Below are positions 39,268 to 49,103 of a DNA stretch of 57,693 nt, piece after piece; the stretch's first letter is position 1; each line of letters opens with the position of its first letter. The DNA lies in the NCBI GenBank assembly GCA_023265015.1, contig JAHFUO010000012.1:1-57693 (forward strand), given 5' to 3'. Position numbers and translations under genes: made by a program. The notes beneath the pieces were generated by a model that did no database searches, was not told the origin of the DNA, and saw only the letters and a list, made by a program, of their open reading frames with translations. This stretch comes from Acidobacteriota bacterium (GTDB taxonomy: Bacteria; Acidobacteriota; Vicinamibacteria; Vicinamibacterales; UBA2999).

Positions 39268-39855
39268 CTATTTGGTGCCCTTGTGCATCATCGGCACCTT
39301 CAGATCGGCGAGCTTGCCGATCATGTCCTCAGCGGAGGTCTCCGGCTTCACGGTCTTCTCGATGTACGAAATCTTCCCGCCCTTGTCGATGTAGAACGTC
39401 CAGCGGTTTGCGGTGCCGCGCTCGTTGAGCACGCCGTACGCTTTCGCGATTTCCTTCGTGGGGTCGCTCAGCAGCGGGAAGTCCGCTTCCTTCTTTTCGA
39501 CCACCACCGCGTTCGCACCCTGGCCAAGCGTCACCGACTTGGCCTTCGCAAACTCGGTGTTCTTCTCGATTGGATCGACGCTCGACATGAAATAGCTCAC
39601 GTCGTACATCTTGATCTTGTCGCCGTTCTCCGCCAGCGACTTGCACTCGATCGTGCAGCCGCGGGTAAACGCCGCCGGGAACCAGGCGAGGACGACCGCC
39701 TGCTTGCCCTTGAAGTCCGTCAACTGATAGGTCTTCCCGTCGGTCGCCTGCAGCTTGAAGTTCGGCGCCTGGTCGCCGACCTTGAGATCCGCCGTCTGGG
39801 CCATGGCCGCAGTCGCCAGGCCGAACACGAGACTTGCCGTCAGCAATACACGCAT
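39268..39855 (-). CDS. secreted peroxiredoxin/redoxin (AhpC-TSA/Bcp-like)
   Basis: Signal peptide and [16 protein letters not shown] active-site region. Confidence 0.8.
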   Translation of the reverse strand: MRVLLTASLVFGLATAAMAQTADLKVGDQAPNFKLQATDGKTYQLTDFKGKQAVVLAWFPAAFTRGCTIECKSLAENGDKIKMYDVSYFMSSVDPIEKNTEFAKAKSVTLGQGANAVVVEKKEADFPLLSDPTKEIAKAYGVLNERGTANRWTFYIDKGGKISYIEKTVKPETSAEDMIGKLADLKVPMMHKGTK

Positions 39856-39903
39856 CTGTCAACCTCCTGGGTTGAAAAGCTTGAGTATACAGTAGTACCC
39901 AGG

Positions 39904-42810
39904 ATGCCCGAGTCCATAAAGCCGTCCCGTGGTCCGCTCATCGTTCGCGGCGCGCGCACGCACAACCTGAAGAACGTCGACGTCACGCTGCCGAATGGCA
40001 AGCTCGTCATCTTTACCGGCGTGAGCGGGTCGGGCAAGTCGTCGCTTGCCTTCGACACGATTTACGCCGAAGGCCAGCGCCGCTACGTCGAATCGCTCTC
40101 CGCCTATGCCCGGCAGTTCCTCGAGCGGATGGAGAAGCCGGACGTCGACAAGATCGAGGGCATCTGCCCGGCGATCGCGATCCGCCAGAAGAACAGCGTT
40201 CGCAACCCGCGCTCGACGGTCGGCACGACCACTGAGATCCACGACTACATGCGCCTGCTCTACGCGCGCGTCGGCCGGACGTTCTGCCGGCAGTGCGGGC
40301 AGGAGGTGATTCGCGAGACGGCTGAGATCGTGGCGAGGCGGCTGGCCGACCTGCCGGTCGACACGCGCGTGCTGATCGGATTTCAGATCCCCGTTGTCGC
40401 GATGTCGGCTGCCCCGGCGAAGGACGCGGGCGGCGACCCAGACGCGTCCGACGAGCTGTTCGAAACGGAGCAGGACGGGGATCCGATTGCCGAGACGCTC
40501 GACGGTCTGCAGCGCCGCGGCTACGCCCGCCTGTTGATCGACGGGCGCGCGGTGACGTTCGACGAGATCGATCGTGCCGCACTCGATGACAGGACCACGC
40601 TCGACGTTGTCCTCGATCGCGTGAAGATTGAAGGCGACCTGCGCAGCCGCCTGACGGATTCGATCGAGACGTCGTATCGCGAGGGCGGAGGAGCGGCCTT
40701 TGCGATCGTGCTCCCGAATCCCGAATCCCGAATCCCGAATCCCCACAGGATCGAGTTCTCAGAGCGTTTCGAGTGCAGAAGCTGCGGGATCGCCTACGAG
40801 ACCCCGCAACCGCGGCTCTTCTCCTTCAACAACCCATTCGGCGCCTGCCCGACGTGTCACGGCTTCGGCAACATCATCGAGCTCGACATGGACCTGGTGA
40901 TCCCGGACCAGTCGAAATCGATCATCGAGGGCGCGATCGAGCCGTGGAGCAAGCCGCACTATCGATCGCAGCTGGCCGAATTGAAGCGCGCCGCGCGCAA
41001 GTCGGCCGTCCGCCTCGACGTGCCGTGGTCGGAGCTGACCGACGACGAGCGGAGGTTCGTGATCGAGGGCAACGATGCCTACGACGGCATCCGCGGATTT
41101 TTCCGCTGGCTCGAGCGCAAGAAATACAAGGTGCACGTCCGCGTGTTCCTGAGCCGCTATCGCAGCTATCTTGCCTGTCCCGATTGCGGCGGCGCGCGCC
41201 TTCGCCGCGAGGCGCGTGACGTCCGCGTGGGCGATCGGACGATTGACGCCGTCTCGGCGCTCACCGTCCGCGAGGCGCAGGCGTTCTTCTCGGAGCTCAA
41301 GCTGTCGGAAAAGGAGTCGACGGTTGCTGACAAGGTCCTGCGCGAGATTCGCCGCCGGCTTTCTTTCCTGAGCGACGTCGGCCTCGACTACCTGACGCTC
41401 GATCGCCTGTCGTCGACGCTGTCGGGCGGCGAGTCGCAGCGCATCAACCTGGCGACCTCGCTCGGCTCCGCGCTCGTCGGCACGCTGTATGTGCTGGACG
41501 AGCCGTCGATCGGCCTGCACTCGCGCGACAACAGGCGGCTCATCGACATCCTTCAACAGCTTCGTGACCAGGGGAACACCGTGCTGGTCGTCGAGCACGA
41601 CGAGGACATGATTCGCGTCGGCGATCACATCGTCGACATCGGCCTCGGCGCCGGCGAGCAGGGCGGCAAGGTCGTCTACTCGGGCGACTACGCGGGATTG
41701 CTCCAGGAGCCGCGGTCGCTCACGGCGAAGTACCTGCGCAACGAGCTCGCGATCCCCGTGCCGTCGCCGCGGCGCAAGGGGCTCGCGCAGAAGATCCGGC
41801 TCACGGGCGCCAGCGAGCACAATCTCAAGGACATCGACATCGAGGTTCCGCTGAACGCGCTGACGTGCGTCACGGGTGTGAGCGGATCGGGGAAGTCGAC
41901 GCTGGTGCACGACGTGCTCTACGCCGCGATCAAGCGGGCCAAGGGCGACTGGGATCGCCGCGTCGGCGCCTTCCGCGAGCTGCATGGGCTCGAGTACATC
42001 ACGGACGTCGTGCTGGTCGATCAGACGCCGATTGGCCGCACCCCGCGATCAAACCCGGTGACCTACCTCAAGGCGTTCGATCCGATCCGCGAGCTGTTTG
42101 CGTCCACGAAGGACGCCCGCGCGCGCGGCCTGACCGCCAGCCACTTCTCCTTCAACGTGCCCGGCGGGCGCTGCGAGGCGTGCCAGGGCGAAGGCGTGGT
42201 GCGCGTGGAGATGCAGTTCCTGGCCGACGTGTTCGTGCCGTGCGAGCAGTGCGACGGCATGCGCTTCAAGTCGCAGGTCCTCGAGGTGCGTTACAAGGGC
42301 AAGAGCGTGCACCAGGTGCTCGAGATGACGGTGCGCGAGGCGTTGACCTTCTTCGGCACGTCTCCGAAGGTACTGCGGCGGCTGCAGGTGCTCGACGAAA
42401 TCGGCCTCGGCTACCTCCGCCTCGGTCAGCCGGCGACGACGCTGTCAGGAGGGGAGGCGCAGCGAATCAAGATCGCGGCGCACCTGGCGTCGTATGGCGG
42501 CGAGCGATTGCTGTACATCCTCGACGAGCCGACCACGGGCCTTCACTTCGACGACATCGCGAAGCTTCTGGCCGCGTTCAAGAAGCTGGTCGAGGCCGGC
42601 CACACGCTGATCGTCATCGAGCACAACCTCGATGTGATCAAGACCGCCGACTACGTCATCGATCTCGGTCCCGAGGGGGGCGACGGGGGCGGCGAGGTGA
42701 TTGCCACGGGCACGCCAGAGCAGATCGTGCAGGTGGAGGCATCGTTTACCGGTCAGGCGCTGCGTCAGGTGCTCGCGGCCGGCAGAGCCAATGCCTACGC
42801 GACCCGATAG
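39904..42810 (+). CDS. uvrA: excinuclease ABC subunit A
   Basis: [18 protein letters not shown]..., [34 protein letters not shown], two ABC modules, zinc fingers. ORF 39121..42810 trimmed to ATG 39904. Confidence 0.97.
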   Translation: MPESIKPSRGPLIVRGARTHNLKNVDVTLPNGKLVIFTGVSGSGKSSLAFDTIYAEGQRRYVESLSAYARQFLERMEKPDVDKIEGICPAIAIRQKNSVRNPRSTVGTTTEIHDYMRLLYARVGRTFCRQCGQEVIRETAEIVARRLADLPVDTRVLIGFQIPVVAMSAAPAKDAGGDPDASDELFETEQDGDPIAETLDGLQRRGYARLLIDGRAVTFDEIDRAALDDRTTLDVVLDRVKIEGDLRSRLTDSIETSYREGGGAAFAIVLPNPESRIPNPHRIEFSERFECRSCGIAYETPQPRLFSFNNPFGACPTCHGFGNIIELDMDLVIPDQSKSIIEGAIEPWSKPHYRSQLAELKRAARKSAVRLDVPWSELTDDERRFVIEGNDAYDGIRGFFRWLERKKYKVHVRVFLSRYRSYLACPDCGGARLRREARDVRVGDRTIDAVSALTVREAQAFFSELKLSEKESTVADKVLREIRRRLSFLSDVGLDYLTLDRLSSTLSGGESQRINLATSLGSALVGTLYVLDEPSIGLHSRDNRRLIDILQQLRDQGNTVLVVEHDEDMIRVGDHIVDIGLGAGEQGGKVVYSGDYAGLLQEPRSLTAKYLRNELAIPVPSPRRKGLAQKIRLTGASEHNLKDIDIEVPLNALTCVTGVSGSGKSTLVHDVLYAAIKRAKGDWDRRVGAFRELHGLEYITDVVLVDQTPIGRTPRSNPVTYLKAFDPIRELFASTKDARARGLTASHFSFNVPGGRCEACQGEGVVRVEMQFLADVFVPCEQCDGMRFKSQVLEVRYKGKSVHQVLEMTVREALTFFGTSPKVLRRLQVLDEIGLGYLRLGQPATTLSGGEAQRIKIAAHLASYGGERLLYILDEPTTGLHFDDIAKLLAAFKKLVEAGHTLIVIEHNLDVIKTADYVIDLGPEGGDGGGEVIATGTPEQIVQVEASFTGQALRQVLAAGRANAYATR
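40713..40743 (+). repeat. (CCCGAAT)4CCC heptamer array inside the uvrA coding sequence
   Basis: ctC CCG AAT CCC GAA TCC CGA ATC CCG AAT CCC Cac, translated [10 protein letters not shown]. Identical to 24380-24410. Confidence 0.95.
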
Positions 42811-43540
42811 GTCGGCGGGTCCGCTTCGCGTTACCCGCAGTACCCGCCCCACATCGCACAGATCGTACGTGGGCCGGGTGCCGCGTAGCGGACCCGGCAT
42901 CCTACCTCGCGATTTTTACGAGCGCCCCACGCTCGTCGTCGCCGAAGAGCTGCTCGGGAAAGTGCTCGTGACTCGCACGCGCCAGGGCACGACCTCTGGC
43001 GTCATCGTCGAGACCGAGGCGTACATCGGCGAAGACGATCCCGCGTGCCACGCGTCATTGGGCCGCACCGCGCGCAACGAGCCGCTCTACGGTCCTCCAG
43101 GCGTCGCCTACGTCTATCTGAACTACGGCGTCCACTACCTCGTGAACGCGGTAACGGAAGCCGACGGCCACCCGGCCGCCGTGCTCATTCGCGCGCTCGA
43201 GCCAATCGAAGGGATCGCGCTGATGAAGAAGCGGCGCGCGGCCGAGGGCCGGATCATCGACGAAGCGGATCTCTGTCGCGGCCCCGGCAACCTGACGCGC
43301 GCGCTGGGCATCACGCTGGCCGACAACCGGCACGATCTCACCCTTCGACCGCGCTCAGGGCAGGCCCTTCGACTACGCTCAGGGCAGGCCGGCCGCACGC
43401 TCCGGATCGAGGACCACGGCATATTGATCGGCGAAGTCGCGCGAGGGCCACGCATCGGGATTCGCGTTGGCGTCGACCGGCCCTGGCGCTGCTGGATCGA
43501 CGGACATCGGTCGGTGTCCGCGCACCAAAGAAAAAAGTGA
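42791..43540 (+). CDS. mpg: DNA-3-methyladenine glycosylase (AAG/Mpg family)
   Basis: FYERPTLVVAEELLGKVLV..., IVETEAYIGEDDPACHA, GVAYVYLNYGVHYLVN, CRGPGNLTRALGI. Start uncertain (ATG 42791, GTG 42869/42878). Confidence 0.8.
   Translation: MPTRPDRSAGPLRVTRSTRPTSHRSYVGRVPRSGPGILPRDFYERPTLVVAEELLGKVLVTRTRQGTTSGVIVETEAYIGEDDPACHASLGRTARNEPLYGPPGVAYVYLNYGVHYLVNAVTEADGHPAAVLIRALEPIEGIALMKKRRAAEGRIIDEADLCRGPGNLTRALGITLADNRHDLTLRPRSGQALRLRSGQAGRTLRIEDHGILIGEVARGPRIGIRVGVDRPWRCWIDGHRSVSAHQRKK
43341..43388 (+). repeat. 24-nt tandem duplication (2 units, 2 mismatches) in frame within mpg
   Basis: cccttcgaccgcgctcagggcagg / cccttcgactacgctcagggcagg, translated LRPRSGQA LRLRSGQA. Confidence 0.9.
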
Positions 43541-43585
43541 AAGTGGCCGTGCGACGATGACGAGTGCTAGGATTGAAATTCTTCG

Positions 43586-45001
43586 ATGGGTCAAACGCTC
43601 CTTCAGAAAGTGTGGGACCTCCACACGGTTCGGACGCTGCCGACGGGGCAGACACAACTCTTCATCGGCCTTCACCTTATTCACGAGGTGACGACGCCGC
43701 AGGCGTTCGACGCGCTGAGGGAGCACGGGTGGCGCGTGGCGCGCCCCGACCGGACGTTCGCGACCGTCGATCACATCGTGCCGACGCGGCAGCGGCAGCG
43801 GCCGTTCCTCGACGTGATGGCCGAAGACATGATCGCGTCGCTCGAGCGCAACTGCCGCGACTTCGGCATCCCGCTGTACGACATCGGCGACGACCGCCAG
43901 GGCATCGTGCACGTAATCGGGCCGGAGCTCGGCCTCACGCAGCCCGGCCTGACGATCGCGTGCGGCGACAGCCACACCTCCACCCACGGCGCGTTCGGCG
44001 CCGTCGCGTTCGGCGTCGGCACGTCGCAGGTGCGCGACGTGCTCGCGTCTCAGTGCCTGGCGCTGGAGCCGCTGAAGGTTCGCCGCATCCGCGTCACCGG
44101 TCAGCTCCCGCGAGGCGTCTACGCGAAAGACGTCATCCTCACGATCATCCAGCGGCTTGGCGTGGCCGGCGGCAACGGCTACGCGTACGAGTACGCGGGC
44201 GACACGATCGAGCGCATGTCGATGGACGAGCGGATGACGATCTGCAACATGTCCATCGAAGGCGGCGCGCGCGCCGGCTACGTGAACCCCGACGAGACGA
44301 CGTTCACGTATCTCGAGGGGCGGCCCTTCGCGCCGCAGGGGGACGCGTTCGAGCGCGCGAAAGCGTGGTGGCGTTCGATCGCGTCCGACCGCGATGCCGT
44401 CTATGACGACGACGTGGCGATTCGCGCGAAGGATCTGACGCCCGTCGTCACCTGGGGCGTCAACCCGGGCCAGTCGATCGCGATTGACGGCGCCGTTCCC
44501 GCGCCCGCTGGCGCCGATCGGCAATCGACGTCCGATGCGCTGACCTACATGGGATTGCAGGCCGGCCAGCCGATCGCGGGCATGAAGGTCGATGTCGCGT
44601 TCATCGGCTCCTGCACGAACGGACGTCTCTCGGATCTCCGCGAAGCGGCGCGCATCGTCCGCGGCCGGCACGTGGCGCCGCACGTGAAGGCGCTGGTCGT
44701 TCCTGGATCTGCCGCGGTCCGCAAAGCCGCCGAGCGCGAGGGGCTCGACCGGACGTTCCGCGAAGCCGGGTTCGAGTGGCGCGAAGCGGGCTGCTCGATG
44801 TGCCTCGGCATGAACCCCGACAAGCTCGAAGGCAACCAGGTGTGCGCCGCCTCGTCCAACAGGAATTTCAAGGGACGGCAGGGGAGTCCCACCGGCCGCA
44901 CGCTGCTCATGAGCCCCGCGATGGTGGCCGCCGCGGCGCTGGCGGGCGAGGTCACGGACGTCCGGACGCTCGCCGATCCGGCGCCGGCGGGGGTGGCGTG
45001 A
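43586..45001 (+). CDS. leuC: 3-isopropylmalate dehydratase large subunit
   Basis: [10 protein letters not shown]..., aconitase-family Cys motifs ([15 protein letters not shown]). Confidence 0.95.
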   Translation: MGQTLLQKVWDLHTVRTLPTGQTQLFIGLHLIHEVTTPQAFDALREHGWRVARPDRTFATVDHIVPTRQRQRPFLDVMAEDMIASLERNCRDFGIPLYDIGDDRQGIVHVIGPELGLTQPGLTIACGDSHTSTHGAFGAVAFGVGTSQVRDVLASQCLALEPLKVRRIRVTGQLPRGVYAKDVILTIIQRLGVAGGNGYAYEYAGDTIERMSMDERMTICNMSIEGGARAGYVNPDETTFTYLEGRPFAPQGDAFERAKAWWRSIASDRDAVYDDDVAIRAKDLTPVVTWGVNPGQSIAIDGAVPAPAGADRQSTSDALTYMGLQAGQPIAGMKVDVAFIGSCTNGRLSDLREAARIVRGRHVAPHVKALVVPGSAAVRKAAEREGLDRTFREAGFEWREAGCSMCLGMNPDKLEGNQVCAASSNRNFKGRQGSPTGRTLLMSPAMVAAAALAGEVTDVRTLADPAPAGVA

Positions 45002-45606
45002 TGGGCGCCGAGCGCATCGAGACGATCGAGGGTCGCGCGCTGCCGATGCGCGGTGAGGACATCGACACCGATCGCATCATGCCGGCCCGCTTCCTGAGAT
45101 CGATTACCTTCGAGGGACTCGAGACGCACGTCTTCGAGGACGATCGTCTTGCCGCGAGTCGAAGTGGCGACGTACATCCGTTCGACAAGCCGGAGTACGA
45201 GGGCGCCTCGATTCTGATCGTCAACCGCAATTTCGGATCGGGCTCCTCCCGCGAGCACGCGCCGCAGGGCCTTCGGCGCCGGGGCATCCGCGCCATCATC
45301 GGGGAGTCGTTCGCCGAGATCTTCTTCGGCAACTCGTTGATGATCGGGCTTGCGTGCGTGACCGCCGCACAGGGGGACGTCGAACGATTGATGGCCCAGG
45401 TGGAGCACGACCCGGGAGTTGTGCTCCACCTCGACCTCGAGGCGGGCGCCTGTGAGAGCAGGGGATTGAAGGTGCCGGTATCGATGCCGGCGCACGTGCG
45501 CGACGCGCTGATCGCCGGCGCGTGGGACACGACGGGACTTCTGCTGGACCGCTACGAGGCCGTCACTGCGACCGCGGCAAAGCTGCCGTACCTCAGCGGC
45601 TTCTGA
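45001..45606 (+). CDS. leuD: 3-isopropylmalate dehydratase small subunit
   Basis: DIDTDRIMPARFL, NFGSGSSREHAP. 1-nt TGATG junction with leuC. Confidence 0.95.
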   Translation: MGAERIETIEGRALPMRGEDIDTDRIMPARFLRSITFEGLETHVFEDDRLAASRSGDVHPFDKPEYEGASILIVNRNFGSGSSREHAPQGLRRRGIRAIIGESFAEIFFGNSLMIGLACVTAAQGDVERLMAQVEHDPGVVLHLDLEAGACESRGLKVPVSMPAHVRDALIAGAWDTTGLLLDRYEAVTATAAKLPYLSGF

Positions 45607-45707
45607 AATTTACGAATCCACGAATTGACGAATTGACGAATTGGAATTTTCCATTGCATGGATCAATCCACATCCGTCAATTCGTAAGTTCGTCAATTCG
45701 TCAATTC
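45607..45707. repeat. oligomer-array hairpin, family B
   Basis: Left aatttacgaatccacgaattgacgaattgacgaattgg. Right ccgtcaattcgtaagttcgtcaattcgtcaattc. Spans from the leuD stop to (and including) the LysR stop. Confidence 0.85.
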
Positions 45708-46588
45708 TGTTTCCGCTTCTCTTCCACCGAGGCGAGAAATGCCGCCGAGGCGTGTGACCGTTCTCCTCCCTTTCTGAATACGAGGCGCACCTGCCGCCGC
45801 AGCCGGATCTCCGGCACCGGCAGCGCCACCAGCTCGCCGCGCGCGATCTCGGACTCGGCGCATCGCCGCGGCAGCAGCGCCACCCCCATGTTGGTCGCCA
45901 CCGCGCGCTTGATCCCTTCAAGGCTCGGCAGCGACACGAGGATGTTTGCCGGGATGTGATGCTGCTCGAAGAGGCGCAGCACCCGGTCGCGCACATGCGA
46001 CGGATCGTTGTGCGCAATCACGGGGTGGCGTCCGCACTCCGCGAGGGTGACTTCCCTGTTGTGCGCGAGCGTGTGGGTCGGAGGAACCAGCATCACGAGC
46101 TCGTCCTGGCCGAGGACGATCGTGCTGAGCCGCGGCTCCGACGGCTGAAACGTCAGGACACCGAAATCAAGCGTCCCCTGCGCGACCTCGGCGCCAATCT
46201 GCCGCGCCGGGATGCGCCGGACATCGACGTGCACGAGCGGATGGCTTTCCCGGAACCTGGCGATGAGCGGCAGGACGACGTGGACCGAGGCCTCGTTGGC
46301 GCCGATCAGCACGCGTCCACGGCGGAGGTCCCGAAGGTCCTTGACGGCGATCTCGGCTTCCTCGGACAGGCGCATGAGACGCTCGGCGAAGTCGTGCAAC
46401 AGGCGCCCGGCATCGGTCAGGGTGGCGTCCTTGGTGGCCCGATCGAACAGCCGCTCGCCCACGCTCTCCTCGAGGCGGCGAACCGCCTGGCTGACTGCCG
46501 GCTGAGTCCGGTGCAGCTTCATCGCTGCTCTGGAGAAGCTCCGTTCGGCCGCAACCCTGAGGAAAACGCGTAATTCGGCCAGTTCCAC
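45701..46588 (-). CDS. LysR-family transcriptional regulator
   Basis: MELAELRVFLRVAAERSFSRAAMKLHRTQPAVSQAVRRLE HTH. Divergent from the leuA-like gene. Confidence 0.9.
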   Translation of the reverse strand: MELAELRVFLRVAAERSFSRAAMKLHRTQPAVSQAVRRLEESVGERLFDRATKDATLTDAGRLLHDFAERLMRLSEEAEIAVKDLRDLRRGRVLIGANEASVHVVLPLIARFRESHPLVHVDVRRIPARQIGAEVAQGTLDFGVLTFQPSEPRLSTIVLGQDELVMLVPPTHTLAHNREVTLAECGRHPVIAHNDPSHVRDRVLRLFEQHHIPANILVSLPSLEGIKRAVATNMGVALLPRRCAESEIARGELVALPVPEIRLRRQVRLVFRKGGERSHASAAFLASVEEKRKQN

Positions 46589-46611
46589 TGCTTCACCTTC
46601 TCATAAGCACC

Positions 46612-46635
46612 GATAATCCAAACAGAATAATTATC
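46612..46635. promoter_or_regulatory. candidate LysR-type operator (interrupted dyad GATAAT-N12-ATTATC)
   Basis: Sits in a strikingly A/T-rich 104-nt divergent spacer. A further ATTATC lies at 46644-46649. Confidence 0.3.
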
Positions 46636-46692
46636 ATTTTGACATTATCTACCGCGGTCGCGTCTACTGGCTGGGAAGCGGAGAGGTCCCTG

Positions 46693-47940
46693 ATGGCACA
46701 ACACGTCCGAATCTTCGACACGACGCTGCGCGACGGCGAGCAGGCGCCCGGATTTTCGCTCCGGCCGGCCGAGAAGATTCTGCTTGCCCGTCAGCTGGAC
46801 GCGCTGGGCGTGGACATCATCGAAGCGGGCTTCCCGATTGCGTCCCCCGCGGACGCGGAAGCAGTGCGCCAGATCGCGCAGGACGTGCGCCGGCCGATCA
46901 TCGCGTGCCTCGCGCGTTGCCACCGCGCGGATCTCGAGAAGGCGGTGGAGGCTATTCAGCCGGCGGAGCGCGGCCGCATCCACACGTTCATCGCGACCTC
47001 CGATCTCCACCTGCAGGCGAAGCTGCGCATGACCCGCGAGCAGTGTCTCGAGGCGGCGATCGACGCGGTGCGCTATGCGCGCCAGCACACGTCCGACGTC
47101 CAGTTCTCCGCCGAAGACGCCACGCGGAGCGACGTGGATTTCCTCTGCCGCGTCGTTGAAGCCGTCATCAAGGCGGGCGCGACCACGATCAACCTGCCCG
47201 ACACGGTTGGCTACGCGACGCCCGATGAAATCCGCGACTTCTTCACGACCATCCGGACCCGCGTGCCGCACTCGGACGAGGTCGTGTTCAGCACGCACTG
47301 CCACGACGATCTCGGGCTCGCGGTCGCGAACTCGCTCGCCGCGGTGCAGGGGGGCGCGTACCAGGTCGAGTGCACGGTCAACGGCATCGGCGAGCGCGCG
47401 GGCAACGCGTCGCTCGAAGAGATCGTGATGGCCTTCACGGTTCGCCAGGATTGCCTGCCGTATTCAACCGGCGTCGACACGCGCCTGATCTATCCGTCGA
47501 GCGAGATGCTGACCCGGCTGACCGGGGAGAGCGTCCAGGCGAACAAGGCGATCGTCGGCCGCAACGCCTTCGCGCACGAAGCGGGGATCCACCAGGACGG
47601 CATGATGAAGGATCGCCGCACCTACGAGATCATGCGCGCCGAAGACGTGGGCGCGCCGTGGAACCCGCTGGTCCTCGGCAAGCACTCGGGGCGTCACGCA
47701 GTGCAGCACCGGTGCCGGGAGCTCGGCCTGCAGGTTGAGGCCGGCGAGCTCATCGAGGTGTATCGCGCGTTGATGGTGATCGCGGACGAGCGGAAGATCA
47801 TCACGGACAGCGACGTCACGGCCGTCGTCAGCTCGGTCCGCTCGGGGCCGTCGCCGCGCCACGAGCCGGTCGATCCGTTCGATACGCCGTCGACCACGGT
47901 GAGCGCGATGCATCCCTCCGGCTACGGACACGGCGTGTAG
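46693..47940 (+). CDS. 2-isopropylmalate synthase / homocitrate synthase family enzyme, short form
   Basis: IFDTTLRDGEQAPGF, HCHDDLGLAVANSLAA HMGL-like domain. About 415 aa, with no recognisable LeuA C-terminal regulatory domain. Start at ATG 46693. Confidence 0.85.
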   Translation: MAQHVRIFDTTLRDGEQAPGFSLRPAEKILLARQLDALGVDIIEAGFPIASPADAEAVRQIAQDVRRPIIACLARCHRADLEKAVEAIQPAERGRIHTFIATSDLHLQAKLRMTREQCLEAAIDAVRYARQHTSDVQFSAEDATRSDVDFLCRVVEAVIKAGATTINLPDTVGYATPDEIRDFFTTIRTRVPHSDEVVFSTHCHDDLGLAVANSLAAVQGGAYQVECTVNGIGERAGNASLEEIVMAFTVRQDCLPYSTGVDTRLIYPSSEMLTRLTGESVQANKAIVGRNAFAHEAGIHQDGMMKDRRTYEIMRAEDVGAPWNPLVLGKHSGRHAVQHRCRELGLQVEAGELIEVYRALMVIADERKIITDSDVTAVVSSVRSGPSPRHEPVDPFDTPSTTVSAMHPSGYGHGV

Positions 47941-47941
47941 T

Positions 47942-48021
47942 CGGTTGGTGGATGGTGGTTTGCGGTTGGTGGACCACGAACCAGCATCCACTAACCACCA
48001 ACCACCAACCACTAACCACCC
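47942..48021. repeat. oligomer-array hairpin (7-nt period, GGTTGGT / ACCAACC units)
   Basis: Left cggttggtggatggtggtttgcggttggtgg. Right cactaaccaccaaccaccaaccactaaccaccc. Includes the mscS stop and its last two Gly codons. Confidence 0.8.
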
Positions 48022-49103
48022 TTGTCCAGCGTCACGATCATCCGGCCGGTCGGCGGAGCGATCCCGCGCTCGGCGAACACCTTCGCGATCCTCTTTCGCA
48101 GCTCGCGTCCCACGAGCCACTGCTTCAGCGGCACGGTCTTGATGCGCGCCTTCAGCACGAGCTGTCCCTGGTCGAACGCGTCGACACCGTAGACATCCAG
48201 CGGCTCGAGGATGTGCGGCCTGAACGCCGGGTCGCTCATCAGCGTCGCGGCGGCGTCGCGCATCGCCGCCATCACCCGCTCAGGGTCATCGTTGTAGCCA
48301 ATCCCGAATGTGATCACGTAGTACGAGAAATCCTTCGACTTGTTGGCGAGCGTCTTCACCTCGCCGTTCGGGAAGACGTGGACCGTGCCTTCCTCGTCAC
48401 GCAGCACGGTCGTGCGGAGGTTGACCTCCTCGACGAGCCCGCCCTGGCCGTTGACGACCGCCACGTCGCCGACCCGGACCTGGTCCTCGAGAATCAGGAA
48501 GAAGCCCGAGATCACGTCCCGGACGATCGTCTGCGCGCCGAATCCGATCGCGAGCCCCGCGATGCCGGCGCCCGTGAGCGCGGGCGTGATGTCGACGCGC
48601 AGCTCCCGCAGGATCATCAGCGCCGCGATGCCGACCACGAGGACCGACAGCGCCTTCTGGAGGAGCCGTCCCAGCGTCTGCGCGCGCTTGGTCCGCTCCA
48701 CGACGTTGAGGCCGGTGCCGCGGCTCATCTCGCGCTCGAAGCGCCGCGCGGCCGCGGACCCGATGCGGATGACGAAGTAGGCGCCGACGGCGATGATCGC
48801 GATCCGCAAGCCCGCGTCGAGGAACCACAGGACGAGCGCTTCCGGGCTGCCGCCAAATCGCGTCGGGTGGCCGGCGAGCGTCAGCGCCGGGAAGGCCAAC
48901 GCCGCTGCCGTCACGACGAAGATGACCAGCCGCACGACCCGGCGTGGCCGGTCGACGAACAGCGCTTCGACGTCGCGATCTTCGATGATGGCGCGCAGGA
49001 TGGATTGGACGGCGCGCGCGACGATGTCGGCGACGAGATAGGCGACGAGCAGCGCCAGCGCGAGCGCCAGCGTCATTTCAGGCCAGTGGGGGGAGAGGTT
49101 CAC
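48012..49103 (-). CDS. mechanosensitive ion channel (MscS family)
   Basis: TM helices plus the MscS beta-domain pattern (GDVAVVNGQGGLVEEVNLRTTVLRDEEGTVHVFPNG). GTGA overlap with htrA. Confidence 0.85.
   Translation of the reverse strand: MNLSPHWPEMTLALALALLVAYLVADIVARAVQSILRAIIEDRDVEALFVDRPRRVVRLVIFVVTAAALAFPALTLAGHPTRFGGSPEALVLWFLDAGLRIAIIAVGAYFVIRIGSAAARRFEREMSRGTGLNVVERTKRAQTLGRLLQKALSVLVVGIAALMILRELRVDITPALTGAGIAGLAIGFGAQTIVRDVISGFFLILEDQVRVGDVAVVNGQGGLVEEVNLRTTVLRDEEGTVHVFPNGEVKTLANKSKDFSYYVITFGIGYNDDPERVMAAMRDAAATLMSDPAFRPHILEPLDVYGVDAFDQGQLVLKARIKTVPLKQWLVGRELRKRIAKVFAERGIAPPTGRMIVTLDKGG

Noticed and set aside
39121-39903. N-terminal 261-codon extension of the uvrA ORF, and likewise 39080..39163 for the dienelactone hydrolase ORF.
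   Set aside because: The extensions run through the tRNA-Thr gene and antisense to the peroxiredoxin gene. The canonical UvrA N-terminus starts at ATG 39904, and the hydrolase starts at ATG 39079.
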